From: Brevinematales bacterium
GTDB lineage: Bacteria > Spirochaetota > Brevinematia > Brevinematales > JAOACQ01
Direction of reading: 5' to 3'
Length of the DNA stretch: 64,000 nucleotides
Assembly (NCBI GenBank): GCA_026417755.1
Contig: JAOACQ010000103.1
Span: 8,822-72,821, forward strand
The position numbers were made by a program, and so were the translations under genes. Shown piece after piece: positions 53,840-64,000 of this stretch (within the stretch, counting starts at the first letter, position 1; each line of letters opens with the position of its first letter). The notes below the pieces were generated by a model. It did no database searches. It was not told the DNA's origin and was given only the letters and a program-made list of their open reading frames with translations.

Positions 53840-54478
53840 ATGAAATATATTGAAATATTTAACCCCAGAATATCAAACAAACTTTCCGAAGAACCAACTA
53901 TTGCTGACACAGCAAGTATAATAAATTCAAAACTTGGAAAATACACAGAAGTTATGAACTTTGTAGAAATTATAGATTCAAGTCTTGATAATTATACTTA
54001 TGTATGTGATTATTCGATGATTTTGTATGCTGAAATAGGTAAATTTGTCAGTATTGCTGCAATGACAAGGATAAATGCACCAAATCACCCTTACGAAAGA
54101 GCGAGTCAGCATCATTTCACATATAGGCCAGAAAAATATGGATTTGGAAGAGAACCAGAAAAAAGTTTCTTTAACTGGCGAAAATTACAAAAAGTTGTGG
54201 TAGGCAATGATGTATGGATAGGTCATGGTAGCGTAATACTACCCGGCGTAAATATAGGAAATGGTGCTATAATCGGAAGTCTTTCAGTTGTTACTAAAGA
54301 TGTAGCACCCTACTCCATAGTAGCTGGTAATCCAGCAAGGTTTATACGTAACAGATTTCCAAAAGATATAGCCAATGCTATTGAAAAAACAAAATGGTGG
54401 GACTGGCCCCATGAAGTTATCAAAGAAAGACTTGAAGATTTTAAAGACATCCGAAAATTTTTATACAAATATTCCTGA
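53840..54478 (+). CDS. Hexapeptide-repeat (LbH) acyltransferase, phosphonate-metabolism-associated family
   Basis: 212 aa with hexapeptide repeats (VGNDVWIGHGSVILPGVNIGNGAIIGSLSVV). It is the last gene of the phn train. An LbH transferase family is known to co-occur with phn operons. Confidence 0.75.
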   Translation: MKYIEIFNPRISNKLSEEPTIADTASIINSKLGKYTEVMNFVEIIDSSLDNYTYVCDYSMILYAEIGKFVSIAAMTRINAPNHPYERASQHHFTYRPEKYGFGREPEKSFFNWRKLQKVVVGNDVWIGHGSVILPGVNIGNGAIIGSLSVVTKDVAPYSIVAGNPARFIRNRFPKDIANAIEKTKWWDWPHEVIKERLEDFKDIRKFLYKYS

Positions 54479-54486
54479 AAACAAAA

Positions 54487-56136
54487 TTATTCAAAAAAAT
54501 TTCTTTTTTTCTCCCTAATAATTTTGAAAAAATATTCAAGGCTCAAAATTATTAATATTAATACTCCAAGTGACAAATAATGAAAAGGAATGAGCTGTTT
54601 ACCAAAAAGAAAATACCCATATGAAAAAAATGATATAAAAATTATAATAATTGAAAAATAAAATTTAGAAGGCAAGAAAAATGCCACAAGAAAAGAAAAA
54701 ATATCCCCCATAAAAAAATAACGTTCATGCATCTTCGGCATAAAGAAAGGTACTATAATGCTAAACAAGTAAGTTATGTATAAGAGTAAAATATTGTCTA
54801 TTTTTCTTTTCTCTAGCAACTTCCACAGCAAAAATAACAGAATAGAAAGAATAATACTGGTAAAAAGTAATCCAAAAATTGTTAAACCAGAATTATTTTG
54901 AAAAAATTGATAAAAAGAGGGGGCATTATTTGATAAAGAATTATAGTAATTTGACTGTTTAAAATAAACCAGCAATAGATCTAAAAAATTTCCCCCCATA
55001 AAAACCGCTGGAATTATACTCATTAAATATACAACTGGAATAATAAAAAAATGCTTTAAATCAACTTTACCCAGCATAAACAACAATAAAAAGACTGGAA
55101 CTATGAATATAGCTTGCAATTTAAAAGAAAATGCTATTCCATAAAAAATAAAGCTGATAAGATACTGCTTTCTCAAAAGATAATAAATTGAAATAACACA
55201 AAAAGTAGTGAAAATTATATCACATTGTCCCCAGAAAGCTCCATTCAGTAATACCGTAGGAATAATCATAAATAGTCCAAAAGCAATAGTTGAAATAAAA
55301 ACATCCTTTTTATTTTCAAAGATGATTTTAAAAATATAAAAACCACATATAAAATCGAACATTATAGAAAGGACTTTGATAGCAGCCAGTTTGTCAAGAG
55401 GGAAAAATGTCGCAAAACCTAAAAGATAAAGATAAAGAGGAGAATAATTAGAAAATTGAACCGAAAAAGACTTCCATCCATTGTTAACAATATGATCATA
55501 CCATGGTCTTAAAAAAATTGAAAAATCTCCAGAAACAAAATGAAAAACGGAAAGCCTCAAAATATAAGATAAAAAAATGATTAAAAGGAAAAATAAAAGA
55601 TTAAACAAATTTTTTCTACCAGAAAGTTCCTTTTTAAGAAACAAATTAGCTAAAATCAAAATAAAAACAAAAATACTAATATAAAATAAAACTTTACTCA
55701 CAACCGAAACTATAGTAAGCCCAAAATCTCCTCCTCTATTTCTCACTTTAAGTTCAAAATGATTTACTCCATATCTTAGATACTTCCCCAGAAAAATAAC
55801 AAAACCTGTATCCCAGTTTTCAAGATCTGATTTTTTTATCTTATCAAGAGGAATTTGTTCCCCATTTATAGTTAACTCTTCAAATTTATCATCTGGAATA
55901 ATATTTAAAAATGCCTGCCCTATGAAAGAATATTTAAAATCAAATTTGACATTATAAAGATCTACCGGAGCATTAGTTGTTACAAAAGAGGTTTTCACCT
56001 TATTTGTAACACTTGAATTTTGCCCTACATACTCAATATTACTAAAATCTGGTTTAGACAAAAAAGAAAATATTAAAAGTAAAAAGAACACTCCCAATAG
56101 TATGATTGATTTAGAATAAAAAAATCTTTTCAACAT
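54487..56136 (-). CDS. Polytopic membrane protein, GT-C-type glycosyltransferase-like, with an N-terminal extracytoplasmic beta-rich domain
   Basis: 549 aa. One TM, a ~120-aa soluble segment, then more than 10 TM helices in the layout of PMT_2/DUF2029-type glycosyltransferases. The family assignment is tentative. Confidence 0.5.
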   Translation of the reverse strand: MLKRFFYSKSIILLGVFFLLLIFSFLSKPDFSNIEYVGQNSSVTNKVKTSFVTTNAPVDLYNVKFDFKYSFIGQAFLNIIPDDKFEELTINGEQIPLDKIKKSDLENWDTGFVIFLGKYLRYGVNHFELKVRNRGGDFGLTIVSVVSKVLFYISIFVFILILANLFLKKELSGRKNLFNLLFFLLIIFLSYILRLSVFHFVSGDFSIFLRPWYDHIVNNGWKSFSVQFSNYSPLYLYLLGFATFFPLDKLAAIKVLSIMFDFICGFYIFKIIFENKKDVFISTIAFGLFMIIPTVLLNGAFWGQCDIIFTTFCVISIYYLLRKQYLISFIFYGIAFSFKLQAIFIVPVFLLLFMLGKVDLKHFFIIPVVYLMSIIPAVFMGGNFLDLLLVYFKQSNYYNSLSNNAPSFYQFFQNNSGLTIFGLLFTSIILSILLFLLWKLLEKRKIDNILLLYITYLFSIIVPFFMPKMHERYFFMGDIFSFLVAFFLPSKFYFSIIIIFISFFSYGYFLFGKQLIPFHYLSLGVLILIILSLEYFFKIIREKKRNFFE

Positions 56137-56179
56137 AATTATAACCTCAAAAAAACTATTTAATTATAACTTCTTCAAT

Positions 56180-56217
56180 AAAAAAAATCAATTGATAATC
56201 TGTTACAGATCAATGTG
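56180..56217 (-). terminator. Candidate intrinsic terminator after the 105-aa ORF (and the ssrA transcript)
   Basis: On the minus strand, ATTGATCTG-TAA-CAGAT(TAT)CAAT forms an imperfect hairpin followed by TGA and a T8 run (A8 at 56180-56187 on the plus strand). Confidence 0.35.
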
Positions 56218-56308
56218 TTAGAAAAATTTAGTCAAAATAAACTGATAAAAAATCTTGTTCATACAATCAATTGTGAAAGGTTTTCAAATAATAAGAAAAG
56301 ATTAAACT

Positions 56309-56626
56309 CTACTTTCTATACGCTTTATTTCTTGCATCTTCTATGGACACAGCTTTATTTATATCGGGTTCTACTGAATTAGATTTCTCATATGCAGAGA
56401 TCGCTTGAGTATAACTCTTTGTTTTCTCATAGATCTGCCCCTGCTTAAAATACCATTCTGCGAAATCCTTTATCATCTCTTTATTTGAATTATTTGGTAA
56501 ATTAACTCCCTGTTCAATTGACTTTTTAAAATTAAGGGATTGTGAAAAATCCTTTTTTAAATTGACATTCTTTGTATGTTCAACATTTGAAGTCAAAGGG
56601 TTTAAATTTACATTTTCAACCTTCAT
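56309..56626 (-). CDS. Small hypothetical protein with one TPR-like motif
   Basis: 105-aa ORF. GGAGGG lies just upstream. It starts 24 nt downstream of the tmRNA 3' end and contains a YFKQGQIYEKTKSYTQAISAYEKS TPR-like unit. Confidence 0.5.
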   Translation of the reverse strand: MKVENVNLNPLTSNVEHTKNVNLKKDFSQSLNFKKSIEQGVNLPNNSNKEMIKDFAEWYFKQGQIYEKTKSYTQAISAYEKSNSVEPDINKAVSIEDARNKAYRK

Positions 56627-56649
56627 AAAACCCTCCGCAAAAGATAGTC

Positions 56650-57000
56650 TGGAGACGGCGGGAATCGAACCCGCGTCCTGAAACCAGAAATTTTAAGCCT
56701 TATTCACAGGCTTAGCCCTGTTTGTTTGTCAGCAAAAGAGGGGAACCAGGACAACCCATCTTTTACTCAAGCCGCTTGTTTTCAGTTCTGACCCGCAGCA
56801 AGCCAGAACCTATCCTTCAATTATTGCCCATAGATAGCCCCGAAGGAGAAAGCTACCTACAGGAGACTGCTTTAATTAAGCAGCCATTGCATAAGAATAT
56901 GATTCTTCTGCACTTCTTTTTTGAAGCAGTTTAAAGGGTTACTTCAGCCCTGCCTGAAGCTTAAAACTCCCGCTGTTTCAGTCGAAAGCCAATCGTCCCC
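56650..57000 (-). ncRNA. ssrA: Transfer-messenger RNA (tmRNA, SsrA)
   Basis: On the minus strand the 5' end is GGGGACGATTGGCTTTCGAC and the 3' end is GGACGCGGGTTCGATTCCCGCCGTCTCCA. The acceptor stem has a G3-U pair. The tag reading frame is GCA GAA GAA TCA TAT TCT TAT GCA ATG GCT GCT TAA (56911-56876), giving AEESYSYAMAA. The terminal CCA is not encoded. Confidence 0.92.
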
Positions 57001-57015
57001 TCACACACAAGAAAT

Positions 57016-57044
57016 ATAATAACAATTTTTCAAATAAAAATCAA
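57016..57044 (-). promoter_or_regulatory. Candidate ssrA promoter TTGATT-17-TATTAT
   Basis: On the minus strand, TTGATT is at 57044-57039, followed by a 17-nt spacer and TATTAT at 57021-57016, ~15 nt upstream of the mature 5' end. Confidence 0.3.
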
Positions 57045-57173
57045 ATAAAAATCACAAAATTACGGCTTTTCTATTATCGGAATAACAATCTAAAAATTTT
57101 AGAGTTTTAAAATTTTTTTTATTTTTATTGAAAACTATTTTTTTTTAAATTAAACTTAATTTACTGAAAATAA

Positions 57174-60516
<3,343 letters not shown>

Positions 60517-60530
60517 AACAAGGAGGAAAA

Positions 60531-61064
60531 ATGGATTTTATGTGGAATGGTGTTTTCTGGGGTATCGTCTTAATTATTTTTGGTTTAAGTGTTATTCTTA
60601 AAGCTATATTTCATATTGATATTCCAATTTTTAAAATATTTGTGGCTTTCTTTTTCATCTATCTTGGTGTTAAAATCCTTATTGGTGATAAAATCATAAA
60701 ACCTGCCCAATCCAACAAAGATATTGTTTTTGCGGAAGGTGATTTTTCATACTCAAATGAGGATTATAAAGAATATAACATAATCTTTGGTAGTGGAAGA
60801 ATAGATCTATCAAAGATAGAAAATCTCACTTCAAACAAGACAATAAAAATAAACACCGTCTTTGGTTCAGGAATCTTATACCTTAAGAAAAATTCTCCCT
60901 TCAGACTTAAAACTTCAGTAGCTTTTGGAGGAATAAATTTTCCTGACGGAGAGGCTATCTACTTTGGAGAAAAAAACATAAGCGAAAAAGACAAAAACAC
61001 TTATACTATAGATATAGAATTAAATGTAGTCTTCGCAGGTTTCAGAATCTTTTATAGGGACTAA
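60531..61064 (+). CDS. Membrane protein with LiaF-like (DUF2154-type) beta-rich C-terminal domain
   Basis: 177 aa with two N-terminal TM helices. The repeated FGSG-x-IDL / FGSGILYL / AFGGINF pattern resembles LiaF-family C-terminal domains. The assignment is tentative. Confidence 0.45.
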   Translation: MDFMWNGVFWGIVLIIFGLSVILKAIFHIDIPIFKIFVAFFFIYLGVKILIGDKIIKPAQSNKDIVFAEGDFSYSNEDYKEYNIIFGSGRIDLSKIENLTSNKTIKINTVFGSGILYLKKNSPFRLKTSVAFGGINFPDGEAIYFGEKNISEKDKNTYTIDIELNVVFAGFRIFYRD

Positions 61065-61066
61065 AA

Positions 61067-61816
61067 ATGAATCTCTATCCTGCTGAGTTTATTGAAACCA
61101 AACTTTTTTTAAAATACAAAACAAGAAGACCGGATATTTTCTGTGGAATCACAAAAAAAGGTTCCCTATCTTATTCTTTTCATACTACAACTACGGAAGA
61201 AGAAAGAGAAAAAGTAAAAAATTCGAGAGCACTTTTATTAGAAAAATTGGGTTTCAATAACCTTGTTACACTTAAACAAACCCACTCAGATATCATAAAA
61301 TTGATAACAAAAGAAAATATTTTTGACTATATTTCTAATCCCTACATAGTAGGGGATGGACTCATTACAAAACTAAAAGATGTTTTAATAGGGGTCTCAA
61401 CTGCTGATTGTGTTCCAGTTATATTCATTTCCAAAACACATAATGCGATCGGAATTGCTCATGCTGGTTGGAGGGGAATAAATTGCAAAATTCACCTCAA
61501 AATGCTTGAAGAGTTTAAAAAACTACCCACAAAACCAGAAGATTTAGAGATAATAATTGGTCCCCACAATAGAGTTTGTTCCTACGAGGTAGGAAGGGAA
61601 CTGATGGAAATCTTTCCTGAAAAATATTTTTCTCTTAAAGATAATAAAATATTTTTGAACCTTGAAGCAATTGTTGCAGAAGACCTATCAGAAAAAGGAG
61701 TAAAAAACATTTCTTCAATTAATCTGTGTAGTTTCTGTAACAACGACTTACTCTATTCCTACAGAAGAGGTGAAGAAAGAGGGAGAAACCTATCTTTCGT
61801 AGGCATTCAAGCATGA
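61067..61816 (+). CDS. pgeF: Peptidoglycan editing factor PgeF / YfiH (DUF152, laccase-domain) protein
   Basis: 249 aa containing LKQTHSD, TADCVPV, HAGWRG and CSYEV...YSYRR. Confidence 0.85.
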   Translation: MNLYPAEFIETKLFLKYKTRRPDIFCGITKKGSLSYSFHTTTTEEEREKVKNSRALLLEKLGFNNLVTLKQTHSDIIKLITKENIFDYISNPYIVGDGLITKLKDVLIGVSTADCVPVIFISKTHNAIGIAHAGWRGINCKIHLKMLEEFKKLPTKPEDLEIIIGPHNRVCSYEVGRELMEIFPEKYFSLKDNKIFLNLEAIVAEDLSEKGVKNISSINLCSFCNNDLLYSYRRGEERGRNLSFVGIQA

Positions 61817-62682
61817 GGATGAAACTTTTCATAACTCTCTTTAAGTTTTGAGATAGAAAGGTGAGTATAAACCTGAGTTGTTGCAAGGTTTGAATGCCCG
61901 AGCATCTCTTGAATAACCCTTATGTTTGCTCCATTATCAAGAAGGTGAGTAGCAAAAGTATGTCTCAATGTATGTGGTGAAACTTTTTTTTGAATTGCTA
62001 AGATGTCTATATAATTATTCAAAATATATCTTATAGCTCTATCCATTATTCTTTTACCACTTTTGGTAACAAAAAAGGCTTCGCTCCTTGCTTGTAGTTC
62101 TTTTCTGAACATAAGATATTTAGCAATAATTTCTTTGGTTTTCTTACCGAACGGGACTATTCTATACTTTTTTCCTTTACCTAAAATATGAACTATCTCA
62201 TTTTTTAAGTCTATATCAGATAAATTCAAATTCACAAGCTCTGAAACTCTCATACCAGTTGCGTAAAGAAGCATAATCATAGCCTTATTTCTTATCGAAA
62301 GAGGTGTATCCTCTGGAATAACATTAATGAGTTCAAAGATCTCCCCTTTCTCCATAAAAGTTGGGAGTCTTTTTGATTTTTTTGGAGAAGAAATAAGATC
62401 TGCTGGATTTTTTTCTATTATTTTTTGCCTCTTAAGAAACTTAAAAAAAGTTTTTATAGCCGCAACTTTCCTTTCTATTGAAGAGGCTTTAAGGCCCTTT
62501 TTGCCAAGAAACGTTATAAAGTTATATATTTCTTGATAATTAATATCAGATATCTCTTTGCTATCAATAAAACCAATAAACTCCAAAAGATCATTTTGAT
62601 AAGAAGTAGCTGTATTCTTAGAAAAACCTTTCTCAAAAATAATATGCTTTATGAAAATCTCAAGATATTCTTCATTTTGCAT
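61807..62682 (-). CDS. xerD: Site-specific tyrosine recombinase XerC/XerD
   Basis: 291 aa with an N-terminal SAM-like domain and the catalytic blocks ATGMRVSEL, HTLRHTFATHLL and LGHSNLATTQVYTH. I cannot decide between XerC and XerD from sequence alone. Confidence 0.85.
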   Translation of the reverse strand: MQNEEYLEIFIKHIIFEKGFSKNTATSYQNDLLEFIGFIDSKEISDINYQEIYNFITFLGKKGLKASSIERKVAAIKTFFKFLKRQKIIEKNPADLISSPKKSKRLPTFMEKGEIFELINVIPEDTPLSIRNKAMIMLLYATGMRVSELVNLNLSDIDLKNEIVHILGKGKKYRIVPFGKKTKEIIAKYLMFRKELQARSEAFFVTKSGKRIMDRAIRYILNNYIDILAIQKKVSPHTLRHTFATHLLDNGANIRVIQEMLGHSNLATTQVYTHLSISKLKESYEKFHPHA

Positions 62683-63943
62683 TTTTACTCAACTCTGAAT
62701 AATCAACTCTATATATAAAACTAATTATAAAGTTCATAATACTTGAACGAGATTCTGACCTTAACTTTTCCTGAGAATTTTCTATACTACCATTAAACAA
62801 ATCATAACTTGCATAAGCCATTTCAAGTTCAACTCCTATATCTCTATTGATAAAATATGCCCCGCTTAATGATATAAAGGGGACATAATATTTAACTCTT
62901 TTGAAGTCTATAATACCAGAGGATTTATTTTCTTCTTTATACTGGCTTACAAATGGAATTATGGAAAGAGAAAACTCAAAAGTTTTATTTGGATTCCATA
63001 TAATATTAAAACCAAAGGGTAAAGTGGGTAATAAATCTTCACCTTCAAGAATTAATTTATTATCATAAGATTCCAGACGGTCAGGAAAATTAAGTAACTT
63101 TACAGTCAAACCCAAAGCAAACTGTTTATTAAAAAATGGCAGATAATAACTAATACTAAAGTTCATATAATGAACTGGTGATACTGTGGTAAATCCCCCT
63201 TCTTTAGAATTATAGACTAACCATCCCGGCATAGGCCCACCAAAAAAATCTGTTCTTATATCCCAGTATCTTATCATAAACCCTATCATTGGATAAAACA
63301 CCGGATAATTTGCATTCAAACTTTTGGATAAAGTATTACCCATTCCATCATTGTAATACATCGTAGCATTTTTCACGCCAAAATCAACCCCAACACCAAA
63401 TTTTGTATAGAATTGCCTCTCAACCTTAATTTCTTCTTTCTCATAAATTGTTTGTCTGAGCTTTTTAACCTCAGTTTCCTCTTCCAGAGTAAGTTCAGGT
63501 AAAACTTCCTTTATCTTTTGTTTTATATCGAGGGAAATCTCATCAATAGTATCAAATATATCAATTCCCACAACACCTTTAGCTTCACTCCTCATCTTTA
63601 ACTTTTTCTTAAGAACATCCCATACCTCAGTTATAACAAAAATAGATTTGCCTTCAACATAATAATATCCATAAACTATAATATCAGCCTTATTAGACAA
63701 AGAAATGTTATTTGCTTCTGTGATTGAAAAGATGGCTATATTATCTGCTGATAGTTGAACATCAAAGTTTTTCTCTTTAATCAACTTATTATATACCGAG
63801 CTTTTAAGCATTGAAGCAATAGATTTATCCCTATAATCTGAGAGATCAATCCAGTTCGCAACCACTATATTCCATTTTGTTTCAGCAAAAAAATAACTAG
63901 AAAATAATAAAAATAGAAAAACAAAAATTCTTTTAAAATTCAT
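62672..63943 (-). CDS. Secreted protein: N-terminal alpha/beta domain, coiled linker, C-terminal beta-barrel-like domain (putative outer-membrane protein)
   Basis: 423 aa with a signal peptide. The C-terminal half is rich in alternating aromatic/Gly strands. I recognise no diagnostic motif. Confidence 0.5.
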   Translation of the reverse strand: MNFKRIFVFLFLLFSSYFFAETKWNIVVANWIDLSDYRDKSIASMLKSSVYNKLIKEKNFDVQLSADNIAIFSITEANNISLSNKADIIVYGYYYVEGKSIFVITEVWDVLKKKLKMRSEAKGVVGIDIFDTIDEISLDIKQKIKEVLPELTLEEETEVKKLRQTIYEKEEIKVERQFYTKFGVGVDFGVKNATMYYNDGMGNTLSKSLNANYPVFYPMIGFMIRYWDIRTDFFGGPMPGWLVYNSKEGGFTTVSPVHYMNFSISYYLPFFNKQFALGLTVKLLNFPDRLESYDNKLILEGEDLLPTLPFGFNIIWNPNKTFEFSLSIIPFVSQYKEENKSSGIIDFKRVKYYVPFISLSGAYFINRDIGVELEMAYASYDLFNGSIENSQEKLRSESRSSIMNFIISFIYRVDYSELSKNAK

Positions 63944-64000
63944 ATTTTATCCCTATCCCCATAACTGAATCTTCTACAGATATCCTTCTTAAATAAAAAG
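63940..64000 (-). CDS. 3' end of an upstream ORF running off the window (unknown product)
   Basis: On the minus strand, the frame is open from 64000 to a TGA at 63942-63940 that overlaps the ATG of the 423-aa gene (ATGA coupling). Only ~19 codons are visible. Confidence 0.25.
   Translation of the reverse strand, partial: FLFKKDICRRFSYGDRDKI

Noticed and set aside
42067-56650. Possible genomic island integrated at the 3' end of ssrA, carrying the TA pair, the phn locus and the GT-C-like gene
   Set aside because: There is no integrase, transposase or phage gene in the segment. I found no direct repeat of the tmRNA 3' end (GGAGACGGCGGGAATCGAAC or its complement) at the far boundary. Base composition looks the same as the flanks by eye. 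The idea cannot be excluded without strain comparison, but the sequence does not support it.
56722-56934. 70-aa plus-strand ORF in the track
   Set aside because: It lies entirely antisense within the tmRNA gene (56650-57000) and has no SD. It is an artefact of the structured RNA.
61807-62682. Tyrosine recombinase as a marker of a mobile element
   Set aside because: The size, SAM-like N-domain and RHRY blocks fit chromosomal XerC/XerD. The neighbours are housekeeping or envelope genes, and there are no att-like repeats or phage or transposon genes.

Overview
This is a low-GC (about 30%), densely packed bacterial chromosomal window from a diderm. It encodes at least nine proteins with lipobox signals and several beta-barrel-like proteins ending in Phe. 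The cheA-cheW-cheX-cheY order resembles spirochaete chemotaxis operons, but I cannot assign taxonomy without a database search.

Confident housekeeping calls:
- queA, pyk, ruvB, argC, ligA, pgeF and a XerC/D-type recombinase
- rfbC and rfbD
- thrS-infC-rpmI-rplT and glyA
- tmRNA (ssrA) on the minus strand

Accessory content:
1. A 15.6-kb, 17-gene minus-strand gene train (19727 down to 4084) has no intergenic gap above 14 nt. It joins a che core with no MCP (cheR-B-A-W-X-Y, led by an unknown 294-aa protein) to nine further genes plus a closing module. The nine are a ROK glucokinase, a secreted unknown protein, an Smr protein, three TPR-rich or lipoprotein genes and a REC-HD-GYP regulator. The closing module is a sigma-54 activator with no sensor domain, a small OM beta-barrel and a caspase-like (C14) lipoprotein. 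This is my best candidate for an undescribed system.
2. A complete C-P lyase phosphonate locus runs phnD-C-E(fused)-G-H-I-J-K-L-M. It lacks phnF/N/P and carries a translationally coupled TIM-barrel gene plus two acetyltransferases. A 126-nt structured inverted repeat lies between phnD and phnC.
3. A HepT/MntA (HEPN/minimal nucleotidyltransferase) toxin-antitoxin pair has a leaderless-type promoter.
4. An ECF sigma factor is paired with a very large FecR-PEGA-beta-propeller anti-sigma-like protein and an OM barrel, appended to rplT.
5. Tandem CBM-like lipoprotein paralogs share a 51-nt identical core.
6. There is a pair of secreted HEAT-repeat paralogs.

Several near-consensus sigma70 promoters carry perfect palindromes, which are candidate operators. 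I saw no CRISPR array, tRNA, rRNA, transposase or prophage.

All functional calls come from reading the supplied translations for motifs and from my own inspection of the DNA. No similarity search was run, so family names are motif-level inferences and novelty cannot be verified here.
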